A stretch of 64,000 bases of DNA from the NCBI GenBank assembly GCA_045837725.1, contig JBEWZL010000011.1, positions 620,001 to 684,000 of the forward strand, in the 5' to 3' direction. The position numbers and the translations under genes were made by a program. A model generated the notes under the pieces. The model was given only the letters and a program-made list of their open reading frames with translations, did no database searches and was not told the origin of the DNA. Each line of letters opens with the position of its first letter. Position 1 is the stretch's first letter. Below, in pieces: positions 27,201 through 37,730 of the stretch. The stretch is from Vermamoeba vermiformis (Eukaryota).

Positions 27201-30200
27201 GCGTGTTGCTGTTGTTGAGTGCAGCGGCCAGGGCACTCTTGTACTCCATGAGGTACTGGATCAGGAACATGATGGTCTCGGGCTGTTTCACGTGATCGAG
27301 CAGCGACTCGGCCACCGCGATGCTCTCGGGACCCATGGCGGCTAGGCGCTGGCGAACTTGTGCAATATCTGATGTGACACGTGTCAGTTAACAGACTCAC
27401 CCGTCAATCACGTGACTCTTACCGCGCGTGTCGTTCAACAGGTGCAGCAGGGACTGTTCTTCGATCTCTTTTTTCATCGAGGTCACGCGGAACTGCGCAG
27501 CCACACGTGCCGCGAGATCAAAGTGCGAGGACAAGAGCAAGTGTTTGATCACACTCACGGGGTCTTTCAAGCACCACTGCTCCAGCTGTTGCCATCGCTT
27601 CCACTTGTCGACGTTGTTCGCGTCACTCAATATATCTTTGAACAGCTGCAGCTTGGCGTGATGCAGTTCGATGCGTTCAATCAGCGGATCTAAAAATAGC
27701 AGCATTAGTCTGTGGCAGTCCGTCACATCACTTTGTTATCGTACCTCCAGGTGTCATAGTCAAGTGACACTTGCACATGTACAACAGATCACTGAAGACG
27801 ATATTGTCAGTATTTCCAAATATAGTAATGCGGAGAAATAAATTCGCTTACAGAGCTACATCGAGAGGCCACGCGTTCAAGTGCTGCAACACGAGTGCCG
27901 CGCTCTGTTTCTTGTCCTGCATGCGCAACAAATACTCGGTCACGTGCGTCTTGTCCTCGGCACGCTCCACGACGAGTCGCAACAAGAAGTCGGGAGCACC
28001 GAGTGGCATGGTGACATCGGCCAGTCTGATCGCCTCTTCGTGTGCCCCGGCCAGCACCATCTTGTCGAGCAGCGTGCTGTAGAACTCTTGTTCCTGTCGA
28101 ATGTCGTCCTCGTTGAAGATGGTGTCGAGAAATTTCTGGTCTTTGGCGCGAATGTAGTTCACGGACTCGAAGGTCAAGAACCGCTCACCAGGGCCCACTG
28201 AACCCAGCGAGGGTGGCCAATCACCTTCAAAGTGCTCGCCTGAACTCCTGCAAAATATTGTTTAGGCGCTTGCCAAATTAGGAAATGCCTGGCACGTACT
28301 TGAGTCGACGGTGACCTTGCCCTCTGAACGCATCCGCTTTGAGTGACTTGGAAATCATGTGCGAGGACGGTGAAGGTGATGGCATGTCATCGAATTCTTC
28401 CGCCGCACTCGATTTGACACTTTGTGACAGGTCATTGGCCTCGTCTTGCGCTGATTGGCGCGAACTGGATTGACGATTCTTTTTCTTGCCTTTTTTGGTG
28501 TTTTCCAAATTAAGAAAAGCGTAGTTGTTGGGATCGAGCTGTCGTGCGAGTCCATCGAATGACGGATGTGGCTGCAAAAATACGGCTCGGAACACACCGT
28601 ACGTGCGAGCACGCGAGCAGATCCAATTGAAGAGCGAGGGGTAGCGCTAAGTTAGAGGGCATTCGTTATTAAATATGAACAGCTAGTGTGTATTGCAACA
28701 CTTACCCGTGATCTAGACAGCGCAGTTTCCAAGAATTCAGGATCAAATCTGCTCGTGGGAGAGCGGAGCAGCGAGGCGAGTGAAGCCAAGAGCGGCGATT
28801 GTTTGGCGATGTAATTGATCACTTCAATGTCCAGATGATATTTGCCGCTCTGAGGATGGGCATTGTCGCCACTAGCACTCGATGCATCGTGCGGACTCGT
28901 GCCCTGCTCGTAACTCTTGCTCTCCACCGCGTGGTCGTCACTCCGCTCCAAGTCATCAAAGTACGAGTCACGTGCTGAGAACGACGAGGACAAGAAGCTC
29001 GGCGAGGGCGAGGGAGATTTGAGCGAGGTCGAGTACGACGTGGAGTGATTGCCCGACACGCTCAACTGCCGCGAGGGTGTGACACTCATGGCGACACTTG
29101 GTGAACCCTTCAAGAGCCCTGGTAGACTGCTCTGACGCGACAGTGACTTGTTGAGGGCGCCTGAGGAGTTCTTCTTCTCAATGACACCTGTGCGATCAGC
29201 TTCGAGGTGTGACAAGATGACAGCTGTCAACTCCAAGCCCAGCTCAGTCGCGAGATCTTCCGCTTGTTCGTCTGCGACCGAGGTGTGAATATTAGTCTAA
29301 AAATAGATCCTATTGACAGCACTTACAGTTGCGCGACTTGAACACGAGCTCAGCCAAGATCTGCGCGGGCGTTCTCTTCAAGTGCGCGGCATAGTCCCGC
29401 GAGCCAAAGAACTTGTCGCTCGCCAGCGCATCGCCGATCAGCAGCAAGTGGCGCACAATGCGATGTACGTAGGCGTGTGACTTGGTCTTGTCGTTCACGT
29501 CGTGCGTGCCACCGCCACTCAGCTGCAGATTGACTCGACGCAGCAACGAGTCGAGTGTCGCGCGTTGTTGTGGCTCTGAAGTACTAATTAGGAAATGCGT
29601 CGCTATCGGTTGTGTCGTTCGTATTACCTTTTATGGCAGTGTACAGCGCTGAAACAGCAGCTCTGAGGGCCGTTCGATTGCCTAAAAAGGCTTTGAGGGC
29701 TTTTGCATCCACAGGAAAGAATTCAGTGCTCAAGAGACGACTGCAAATATCATATGTTAACGCGAGAGTCGATTTGACACGTGTCATTCTTAGACTTACC
29801 TGCTCAGTCGTTGCGGATAGTCGAGCTGGGAACTTTGCAACAATTTCAATCGGATCAAATAGTTCTCAAAGTTCAGTAAGTGACTGGGAACATTTCCTTT
29901 TTTGGCAGTTTTCTTGTTGCCGCTATCTCCTCCGTGTTGCTTGATTTGTTGCTGCAGTAATTGCGAGGCATGATCTAAAAATACCTCGCTCTGTTCGCGT
30001 GTTTGAGCACGTGTCAGCGCGAAATCGGCGCAAACATTAAACGCGTCATTCGGTGACAGATCTTTTGACAACAATTCACCTGAGATTACAAATATTAATT
30101 TTTTCCTTATTTGGGCAAGTGTTATTCGAAACGTACCAATGGCGTCCTTGCTAACTTTATCGCCAATTTTGGTAATAATGTTGTTGAATTCTTCCGCCAA

Positions 30201-32662
30201 TCGGGCGAGTTCAGTGTCACGTGCTGTCAAATCGAAGAACTTGATGACAGCTTTGCACTTGTTGAAATCTTTCTCGCGCACGCACATGATCAGCAGCGTC
30301 GTGGGCGAGGCGAGCATTAAATTGACAAAGTGTCTATTTTTAGCTTCAGTGCCGTAATATTTGCTGACATCAACGCCAACTGTCAAACGAAGACTTGCGA
30401 TCAATTCGTAACGCCATTTGAATTCGCGCAAAAATTGTTGCAAAGCTTCTAGTCTGTGTTTGAACTCGCTCGAGGTGTCATGTGAGATGGTGACACGTGT
30501 CAAACACTGATTTGCCAAATCGAGCAATGACTTGACCAAAGCAGGTGTAGCCACAAATAGATCGCGTTGTTTGGGCTCAACATCTTGCCACGCACTCCTT
30601 TTTAGGAAAACAAATGCCAGCAAAGTCTCCGCCAGACCAGCTAATGTTGAGTAGTCTGAAATTTTTGCAATGTAATCAGCTGCCGCGTGATATTGTGTAT
30701 CGAGCACTGCTTGGTCCACATTTGCAGATTTGACCACGTGATCGAACATGGCCATCACTGATTTGACCACAAAATACGTGTTGAGCAGCACGAGATCTTG
30801 TGCTTGTTCGTTGACGGAAATTTCCGAGTGATCGGGATTGGCTGCGAGCAGTTCTAAGACTTGCCGGTCTTCAAGTCTGTGACAGACTGCCTGCAATGCA
30901 AATGCAATTGAATGCACTTTCAATTCGTTGTACAGTGCGTTGGTAATAGCTGTAGTGAACTGTTGCAATGATTGATTTCCTTTTTTAGTCATTTTCTGCG
31001 TGCCAATTTTGATTTCATTCTCGTTGTCCTGCAGCAGCTGTGCTGCCGTCCACTGTGCGACGCGAATGCTGTAGTCTAAAATGTCACACTTCAGCGCCAC
31101 ATCTTTGTCTTTGGCCTGTGTTGCAATAATTAGCACGTGTTAGTTACCAAATATGGCAAATACCTCTTGCTTGCCGCCCTGGTGCCAAAGAATGTTCATC
31201 AAACGAATGCGCGCGTCAATGTCGTTGTCAAACTTGTCCCAGACCATGAGCAGCACGAGTGGTTTCAATCGTTCGAATGGTCGCAGCACCACGGCACATT
31301 CCTCGAATTGCGCGGCATTCACGCACTCCACTGCGCGCGTCAAGACAAACTCGAGGCCGTGTTGATTGGTCACTCGCATCACGTGATAGAAATCTCGCCA
31401 AAATCTGCTCAGCTGCTGCTCGACGAGGGCTGGATCACGTGCCTGACCCTGCAAATCACTCGTCACCAATGCGCGCACGTGATCGAATGCGACATTGAGC
31501 GGTGCGTCTTTGTGCGCACGTGACAGCAGTTCATCTTCAACGCGCGCGAACTGAGCGACGAGTCTGTTGTCGTTGTCAGTGCAGTGCGCCAAGAGGGCCG
31601 AGTAGAGTCGTTGACGCCACGGTCCTGTCTCCTGCTCATTGCCATATAAGGCAATCAGCTGTTTGAACAGCGTCACGAGCTCCTCTGCTTCGAGTGCGGC
31701 ACGGTCGTTGCGCTGCGCTGCATTGAGCAGTTTGACGAATTGCAAGGCCTCTTCGCGGTGTTGCGCACTCAACAGATCGGCGATGAGTTGCGCGGAGAGA
31801 TCTACCAGGGCTCGTGAAGCACGTGGTGCTAGAGCACGTGTCAATGAAGCACCGAGCCCTGGTTGAAGCACTGCCACACTGCGCAGTCGTGACAGCGTGC
31901 CTGACGAGAGAGATTGGGCTGGTGATCGGTTAGTATTTTATTACCATATTTGGAAGTAGCGGTACTCACTGCCTGATTCTGCACTCTCGCTGCGCAATTC
32001 ATGAATAACATTTTCAGTGAACGACTGTAAGATGATCGTGCGTATTAGCGACAAATTTTTTAAACATAATGTAACGCGTACCTCGCTGTCATCAGTGTCG
32101 TTTGAATGCAGCGCTGTTTCGAGCAGAACATCGAATTCGAGCTGTTCAGTGAACGATTTGGGCAAATCGAGCTACAGATAGACATTATTATACACTGTTA
32201 GCATTCAAAGATTCGCAGCAAATTCATCACAAGTAGAATAATTTTCGTCCGAACTTTCTTTATCGTGCCATCACGTAATATTGAATATGAATGAGTTAAA
32301 TGCGTTAATTACCTCAAACTTGCTCGGCAATAAATTTTTGTATTCGACCAGACACAGCCATATCAGATGTGACGTCGAAGGGACAGATTTGGAGAGTAAC
32401 CTATTAAAATATCATAATTAAATTCATCATAAATTATAATATTGGAAAAGTGCGCAATTGTTAATAATAATTACCATTGAGCAGGCGGATCTGACGTGAT
32501 AAATGATTTTAATAGTGCCAAGCATTGTTCGGGTGCTATCTTATGATAGTCAATAATAGATGCTCGTGCTAATTCAAATTGTCCAAGCGACAAGTAATTG
32601 CGGATCAAGATCTCGTATTGTTGTTCTGATCCCTTTTGAAGGAACTGATAACCTTGCTCCAT
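24237..32662 (-). CDS. ZFYVE26: Spastizin (ZFYVE26/SPG15)-like protein, apparently lacking the FYVE domain, many exons
   Basis: Conserved C-terminal blocks: QPLLVVESLLM, YPSAPNHVLATAILDL, LRDELIEEDRM..VWAAWGLSLLKMGKYEQAKEKF, MRDFIRAGLTCI, ALLLCGKLKSAYLSAIK. Confidence 0.85.
25615..25694 (-). other. U12-type (minor) GT-AG intron in the ZFYVE26-like gene
   Basis: 5'ss GTATCCTTTT and branch site TTCCTTAAC close to the CAG acceptor. Removal restores RYMQCI-YYLQNYGT. Confidence 0.88.
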
Positions 32663-32788
32663 TACTTGTTCTTATATATTTCAATCTATGATATGCTTCA
32701 TTTCGTTGTTAGATCCGATTGTGTCATTCAGCTGATCCAAAAAATCAATTAATGCCGCGTACTCCTCTCAACAAGCCTTTATTTAACA

Positions 32789-35535
32789 TCAGTCAACAAG
32801 GGATCCCGGCAACAACTCATAGCCCTGACGACTAGCATTGCGTCGCTTCACGAGCCACACGATGCCGCCAATGACAGCTGCGGCGCCGAGCACGGATCCA
32901 ATCACAATCACCGCCACGACTGCTTTGTGCGTGTCGCAGGCTGAGCCAGTGTACGCGCCCTCGCACTCGCACTCACCGCGCGCATTGCACTGGCCTCTAC
33001 CGCTGCACGTCTCATCAGCCACGCAATAAGTCGCGCACGATACGTCGTAGTAATTGGCTTGACACACGCACGTGCCGTTGTTCTGATCACAGGCACCGTG
33101 CACGCAGTTGGACGACGAACAGACCACTTCGCACTGCGGACCGAACGCATTGGTCTCGCACACACAAGTACCATTAGTTGAGTCGCAAGTGCCGTGTTTG
33201 CAGGTCTTGTAGCTGCAGTACGTGTCGCACTGAGCCCCGTAGTAGCCGTCGTTGCACTCGCAGCGGCCCTCCCACGAACAATAACCATGCACGCACCACG
33301 CACTCGAACACTCCACGTCGCAGTGCACGCCGTAGTAGTGCTCGTCACACGTGCAGCCACCCGAGAGCTGATTGCAAGTGCCGTGCGGGCCACACGTGTC
33401 CTGATCGCAGTAGACATCGCAAGTAGTGCCATAGTAGTTGTGTTCGCATGCGCACTCACCCGTCGTGGTGTTGCAGGTGCCGTGCGAGGAGCAAGCAGGA
33501 CAACGCTTGAACTGACACTCGTCGCCGTAGTACTCGTCATTGCACAAACATCCCGTGGCTGAACATGTGCCGTGCGAGGAGCAATTCGTTGCAGCATTGC
33601 AATAGACCGAGCAGTTCTGTTAAATAGACACTTGTTAGCCAGGATAGATTCACGCCACCTCACGTACAGTTCCGTAGTAATTGGTGCTACAAAGGCAGTC
33701 GCCCAAAGTAGAACAAGTGCCGTGACTCGTGCAAGTAACATTTACATCGCAATATGTGCTGCAATTCTGGGAAATCAAATCGTTAACCAAGATACAAACC
33801 TAATCAGTTGAAACTGTACCTTGCCGTAATAGTTGACGTCACACGCACAAGCACCGACTGAGTCACATGTGCCGTGACTCGAACAGGTCTCATTCGCTGC
33901 ACAATAGGTCGAGCACGTAGCGTCGTAGTAGTTCTGCTCGCACTCGCAGCCTCCAGTGGCATTGTTGCAGGTACCGTGCACACAGGCAGGACACGTCTTG
34001 TACTGACACGTGTCACCGTAGTAGCCCTTGTCGCACTGACAAGTACCACTCGATGTGCACGTGCCGGCATTGGAACAGTTGACTGCACGCGAACAGAACA
34101 GCGAACAGTCCTGAAGTGACATTAGACCCGCAGTGAATGAGAAGAAGCAGGAAGACTTACCTCCAAGTAGTAGTCGGTGTCACACGCGCAGGTACCATTC
34201 GTGCTGCATTGCCCGTGACTGCTGCACGTGGAACTCGCCAGACAGTACCGCGAACAATTGGTGCCGTAGTAATTCGACTAGGAGTAACAATATGAGCCAA
34301 TGATGCAATGCAAATAGGACTATAGACCTCACCTCACAAATGCACTTCCCCGAGTCTGCAGCACAAGAGCCGTGGCCAGTACACGTGTACGAGGCATTGC
34401 AGAATCGGTTGCAGCGGTAGCCGTACCAGTAGTCGTCGCATTCGCAGCGTCCAGTGGTCCTGTTGCAATGTCCATAACCGCAGTCGATGGGACAGAATAT
34501 GAATTGACAGTGATCGCCATAATATGAAGCATCGCAGTAACACGAACCATCGGGGTAACAGCCGCCGTGGCCAGAACAGGTCTTGAAGCGATCGCAGTAG
34601 ACGGAGCAGTTCTGTCACGCGGTCAGTGCCCCTCTCTTATTATGGTTATATATACTACTACTTACCTTCGCGAAATAACCGCTGTCGCACTTGCACGAGC
34701 CATCAGCAGCGCACACGCCCAGACCCGAGCAAGTGGTCGCTGGATCGCAGTAGACCGAGCAGTTCTGACAGCAAGGATATGAGACTTATCGTATTACCCG
34801 ATAAGATAGCGCTCGATCGACTTGGTTACCTGACCGTAATAGCCTGTCTCGCACTTGCAGCCACCGTAGTTGTCGCACGAGCCGTGTCCGGAGCAGGTCA
34901 CATTGGCGCGGCAGTAGTAACTGCACGTGGCACCCCAGTAGTCTGCATCGCACGTGCACTCCCCTGTTGTGTTGTCGCAGTGGACGTGGGGTGAATAGTA
35001 TTGACGGCAATAGGAGTACGGGTCCGGTTGATGATTGCAGTGATCTGAAAGCTCGTTTGGTATTTGGATCGTCGTCGATCTGGCGAACAAATACTGACCT
35101 GAAGTGACATCAACATCTATGGTCAATGTAGCGCTCTCTCCTTCGGTTGTGGTGGCTTTAATACTGCAGCTCAGTGTGCCGATCGCGCTGAATACTCTTC
35201 GATCTACCTGCACAAGAACATCCACTTCGGAAACATTGTAACCAATACTAGGGGAAATATTAATCCCTAGGCCTGTAAAATTATTGCTGTAACTAACAAA
35301 ACGTTTGGATGTGACAGATGGGCTCACAGTTGCCGGAGGAGGAGTTTGTCCACGAAAAGTCGGGCTGCAATGGAAATACCTTCGACAAGGTAGTTTTGTA
35401 AGTATAAACATCTTCGGATGCAGGTAGCGTTATGGAAGCTGTGATCCAATCTGGAGACCATGCGATCCACGTCGAAGAATTGGCTTGACACGCCAGCAGC
35501 AATACAACAGCAACTAATACTATAGAGCGCTGCAT
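32789..35535 (-). CDS. Type I membrane protein with many EGF-like repeats
   Basis: Signal peptide MQRSIVLVAVVLLLACQA. Repeated CsxHGxC...CxC..yYGxxC units. TM VVAVIVIGSVLGAAAVIGGIVWLV. Short tail KRRNASRQGYELL. Confidence 0.88.
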
Positions 35536-35702
35536 GGTCGTGTTTGTCGAAAATAAAATCGGACTAATTCTACCCGAATGTCAGCTGACTTGTGACTGCT
35601 GTCTGTTCGTAAATATCTGCTAAGGCCACATCGCCGTTCTTATAATTGCAGTACCGTACTAATACACATCTAAAATAACATTATTTACTGCTACTATACA
35701 CA

Positions 35703-36307
35703 CTACTTAGCTCGGCTTTTCAGATAATACCATTCTTTGCCGTCAGTACTACGGATCCAACCACTCTTGTGCAGCGAGTCATGCATTCGCGCGTACGGAG
35801 TCCTAGGCTTGCTCTCGCTGCGGCCCTTGCGACCAGCACGTGATGTCTTGCGCTGTCCTTGCAACACTGTTTGGGCAAACTCGTTGGCAACGGATTTGGA
35901 GAAGTGAATCCAGCCATCGTCATCGCGATAACCATTCTCTACGGCGTGGTATATAAAAGAGTCCTCTATCGTCACTCGATGTGCGACAGAAGATTGACTC
36001 GTGCTGCTTTCGTCTTGAGCAGATGCAGATGAGCAAGGTGAAGAGGCTTCATCGTCGCTAGAGTAGACCGGCAGTAGGTGAGGAGTGACCACCATATCAA
36101 CTGTACTATGGACCGGTGCTTCATTAGCATCGACAAAATTGTAGTGCGCTGCAGGCTCAGTGATTGAAAAATAAAAGTCGAAGGCATCGTTATCGACTAT
36201 TTCGTAGCTAAAAAATTCATATTAAATCGGCATCAATTAAAACTAAATTTAATCACTTACCTGGAGGTAAACAAATCTGCTTCAAAGTCGCTGAATTGAA
36301 GTGACAT
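35703..36307 (-). CDS. Hypothetical protein with acidic N-terminus and basic C-terminal domain (possible divergent HSF-like winged helix), 2 exons
   Basis: ATG 36307 MSLQFSDFEADLFTS, then a GTAAG...TAG intron, then SYEIVDNDAFDF running in frame into ORF 35703-36095. Confidence 0.6.
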
Positions 36308-36654
36308 GTTATTGATTTGTTAGGTTGGTACCGGCTCGTGGTAAGCTGTTAATTGCTTCATTTTAATGCTGGCCATTGTTATATATTTTTGCTCTTGTTT
36401 GTTCGCCTGTACTTTCAGCGGAGTTGAATTTGAAAAAACAAAGGAATCACACTTTTGCTCCGTACTGAAAATTCAACAACCATTTTTTGACCAACACTAA
36501 CTAACCAAGCAGTTAAGTAGCTATTCCGAACGATACATCAGCCCAAATTCGAGATTAGTGGCCAAGTTGATTTTTGCAGCCTTGTATCGAAGCAAAAAAA
36601 CTGCACTTTGTTTCTCCTCGCGAGCTGAGCGCAACAACAAACAAACCAAACGTA

Positions 36655-36975
36655 ATGGATTGGCATGCCGTGGGTAAATTTGCTGCAATTAATCCGTCCA
36701 AGTTGATGTGGGAGATCCTTTGGCACAACAACATCCCCACGTTAGTATCATCTGACCGCCGCTATTACAATGACCACAAAATTGTGGACGACACGTTGTA
36801 CTTTTTCCGAGATCTGTGCCAAGGCAAAAAAGAACGAGTGGAACTTATTCCACAAGGTACCTCTGGGGCTTTCTCAGTGATTGTGCGGCAGAATGCAGAG
36901 CTGTATTATTACGATGACTGGGACCTAGCTGATATGTTCATCGCTCGACCGATGACAAATGTTGAATGTAAATAA
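36655..36975 (+). CDS. Intronless hypothetical protein (about 106 aa)
   Basis: First ATG of ORF 36574-36975 in A-rich context. AATA(A) follows the stop. No recognisable domain. Confidence 0.5.
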   Translation: MDWHAVGKFAAINPSKLMWEILWHNNIPTLVSSDRRYYNDHKIVDDTLYFFRDLCQGKKERVELIPQGTSGAFSVIVRQNAELYYYDDWDLADMFIARPMTNVECK

Positions 36976-37156
36976 ATAGAAGGAGACTCTAAAGGTTCAA
37001 ATCAAGTGTAGTACTACACTTAAATTCGCCAGGTAAATGTTTGTTTCATTGATTTAAATCTCAAATCGTGTTGCAGAGAAGTTGCAAATTTGGTCGTGAC
37101 GTAAGCGTTGAAATGAAAACGAATTATTTGCACCATTTCAATATCCTCGCGCTCAG

Positions 37157-37585
37157 ATGACCACACACTCCACCCTCGTTAATCTTATCGTCTCCGCAAG
37201 CAATCTCGCTGCTCTCCCAGTGATTTGGACTGCTAAGACCAAGGCAGACAAATTCGTTTCGTTGCTGGTGATGGTCGCTTCTATATTAATGCACTTGAGC
37301 GAGAGGAAGCACAACTTGATAGGAATAGCGCCGTTCAATCGATGGTCGCAAGAATTCTTGTTGTTGGACCGGTCAATGGCGTGGATCGCAGGTCTTTACT
37401 TCGCGCTGCAAAATCCTCGTCTATTTCTGACGAATTATCAACTAGTAATATTTGGATTAATTATGATTGCCCTAGCTGAAAATTATGAAGGTGGCTATCT
37501 CTTCTTTACGATCACGCACGTTATTTGGCATTTCTCAGTCTACAGAATGATGTATCTATTTGTTCAATCTAAAAAATTGATGTAA
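37157..37585 (+). CDS. Small intronless multi-pass membrane protein of the CREST superfamily (ceramidase/PAQR/Per1/TMEM8-like)
   Basis: Hydrophobic helices carrying SxxxH (ASILMH), a conserved Asp (LLLD) and HxxWH (HVIWH). Confidence 0.72.
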   Translation: MTTHSTLVNLIVSASNLAALPVIWTAKTKADKFVSLLVMVASILMHLSERKHNLIGIAPFNRWSQEFLLLDRSMAWIAGLYFALQNPRLFLTNYQLVIFGLIMIALAENYEGGYLFFTITHVIWHFSVYRMMYLFVQSKKLM

Positions 37586-37730
37586 AGTATTTTTTTAACT
37601 GTTGTATACATAAATAACAATTCTTTGCTACTGGCGTCCAAAAATTCAGCAGCAAACACCACCACTTTTTGGCGGGCTTGATTTTTCACCGCCACATTGT
37701 ATTTTTGTTCAGCTGTTCTTGGCGCACACG

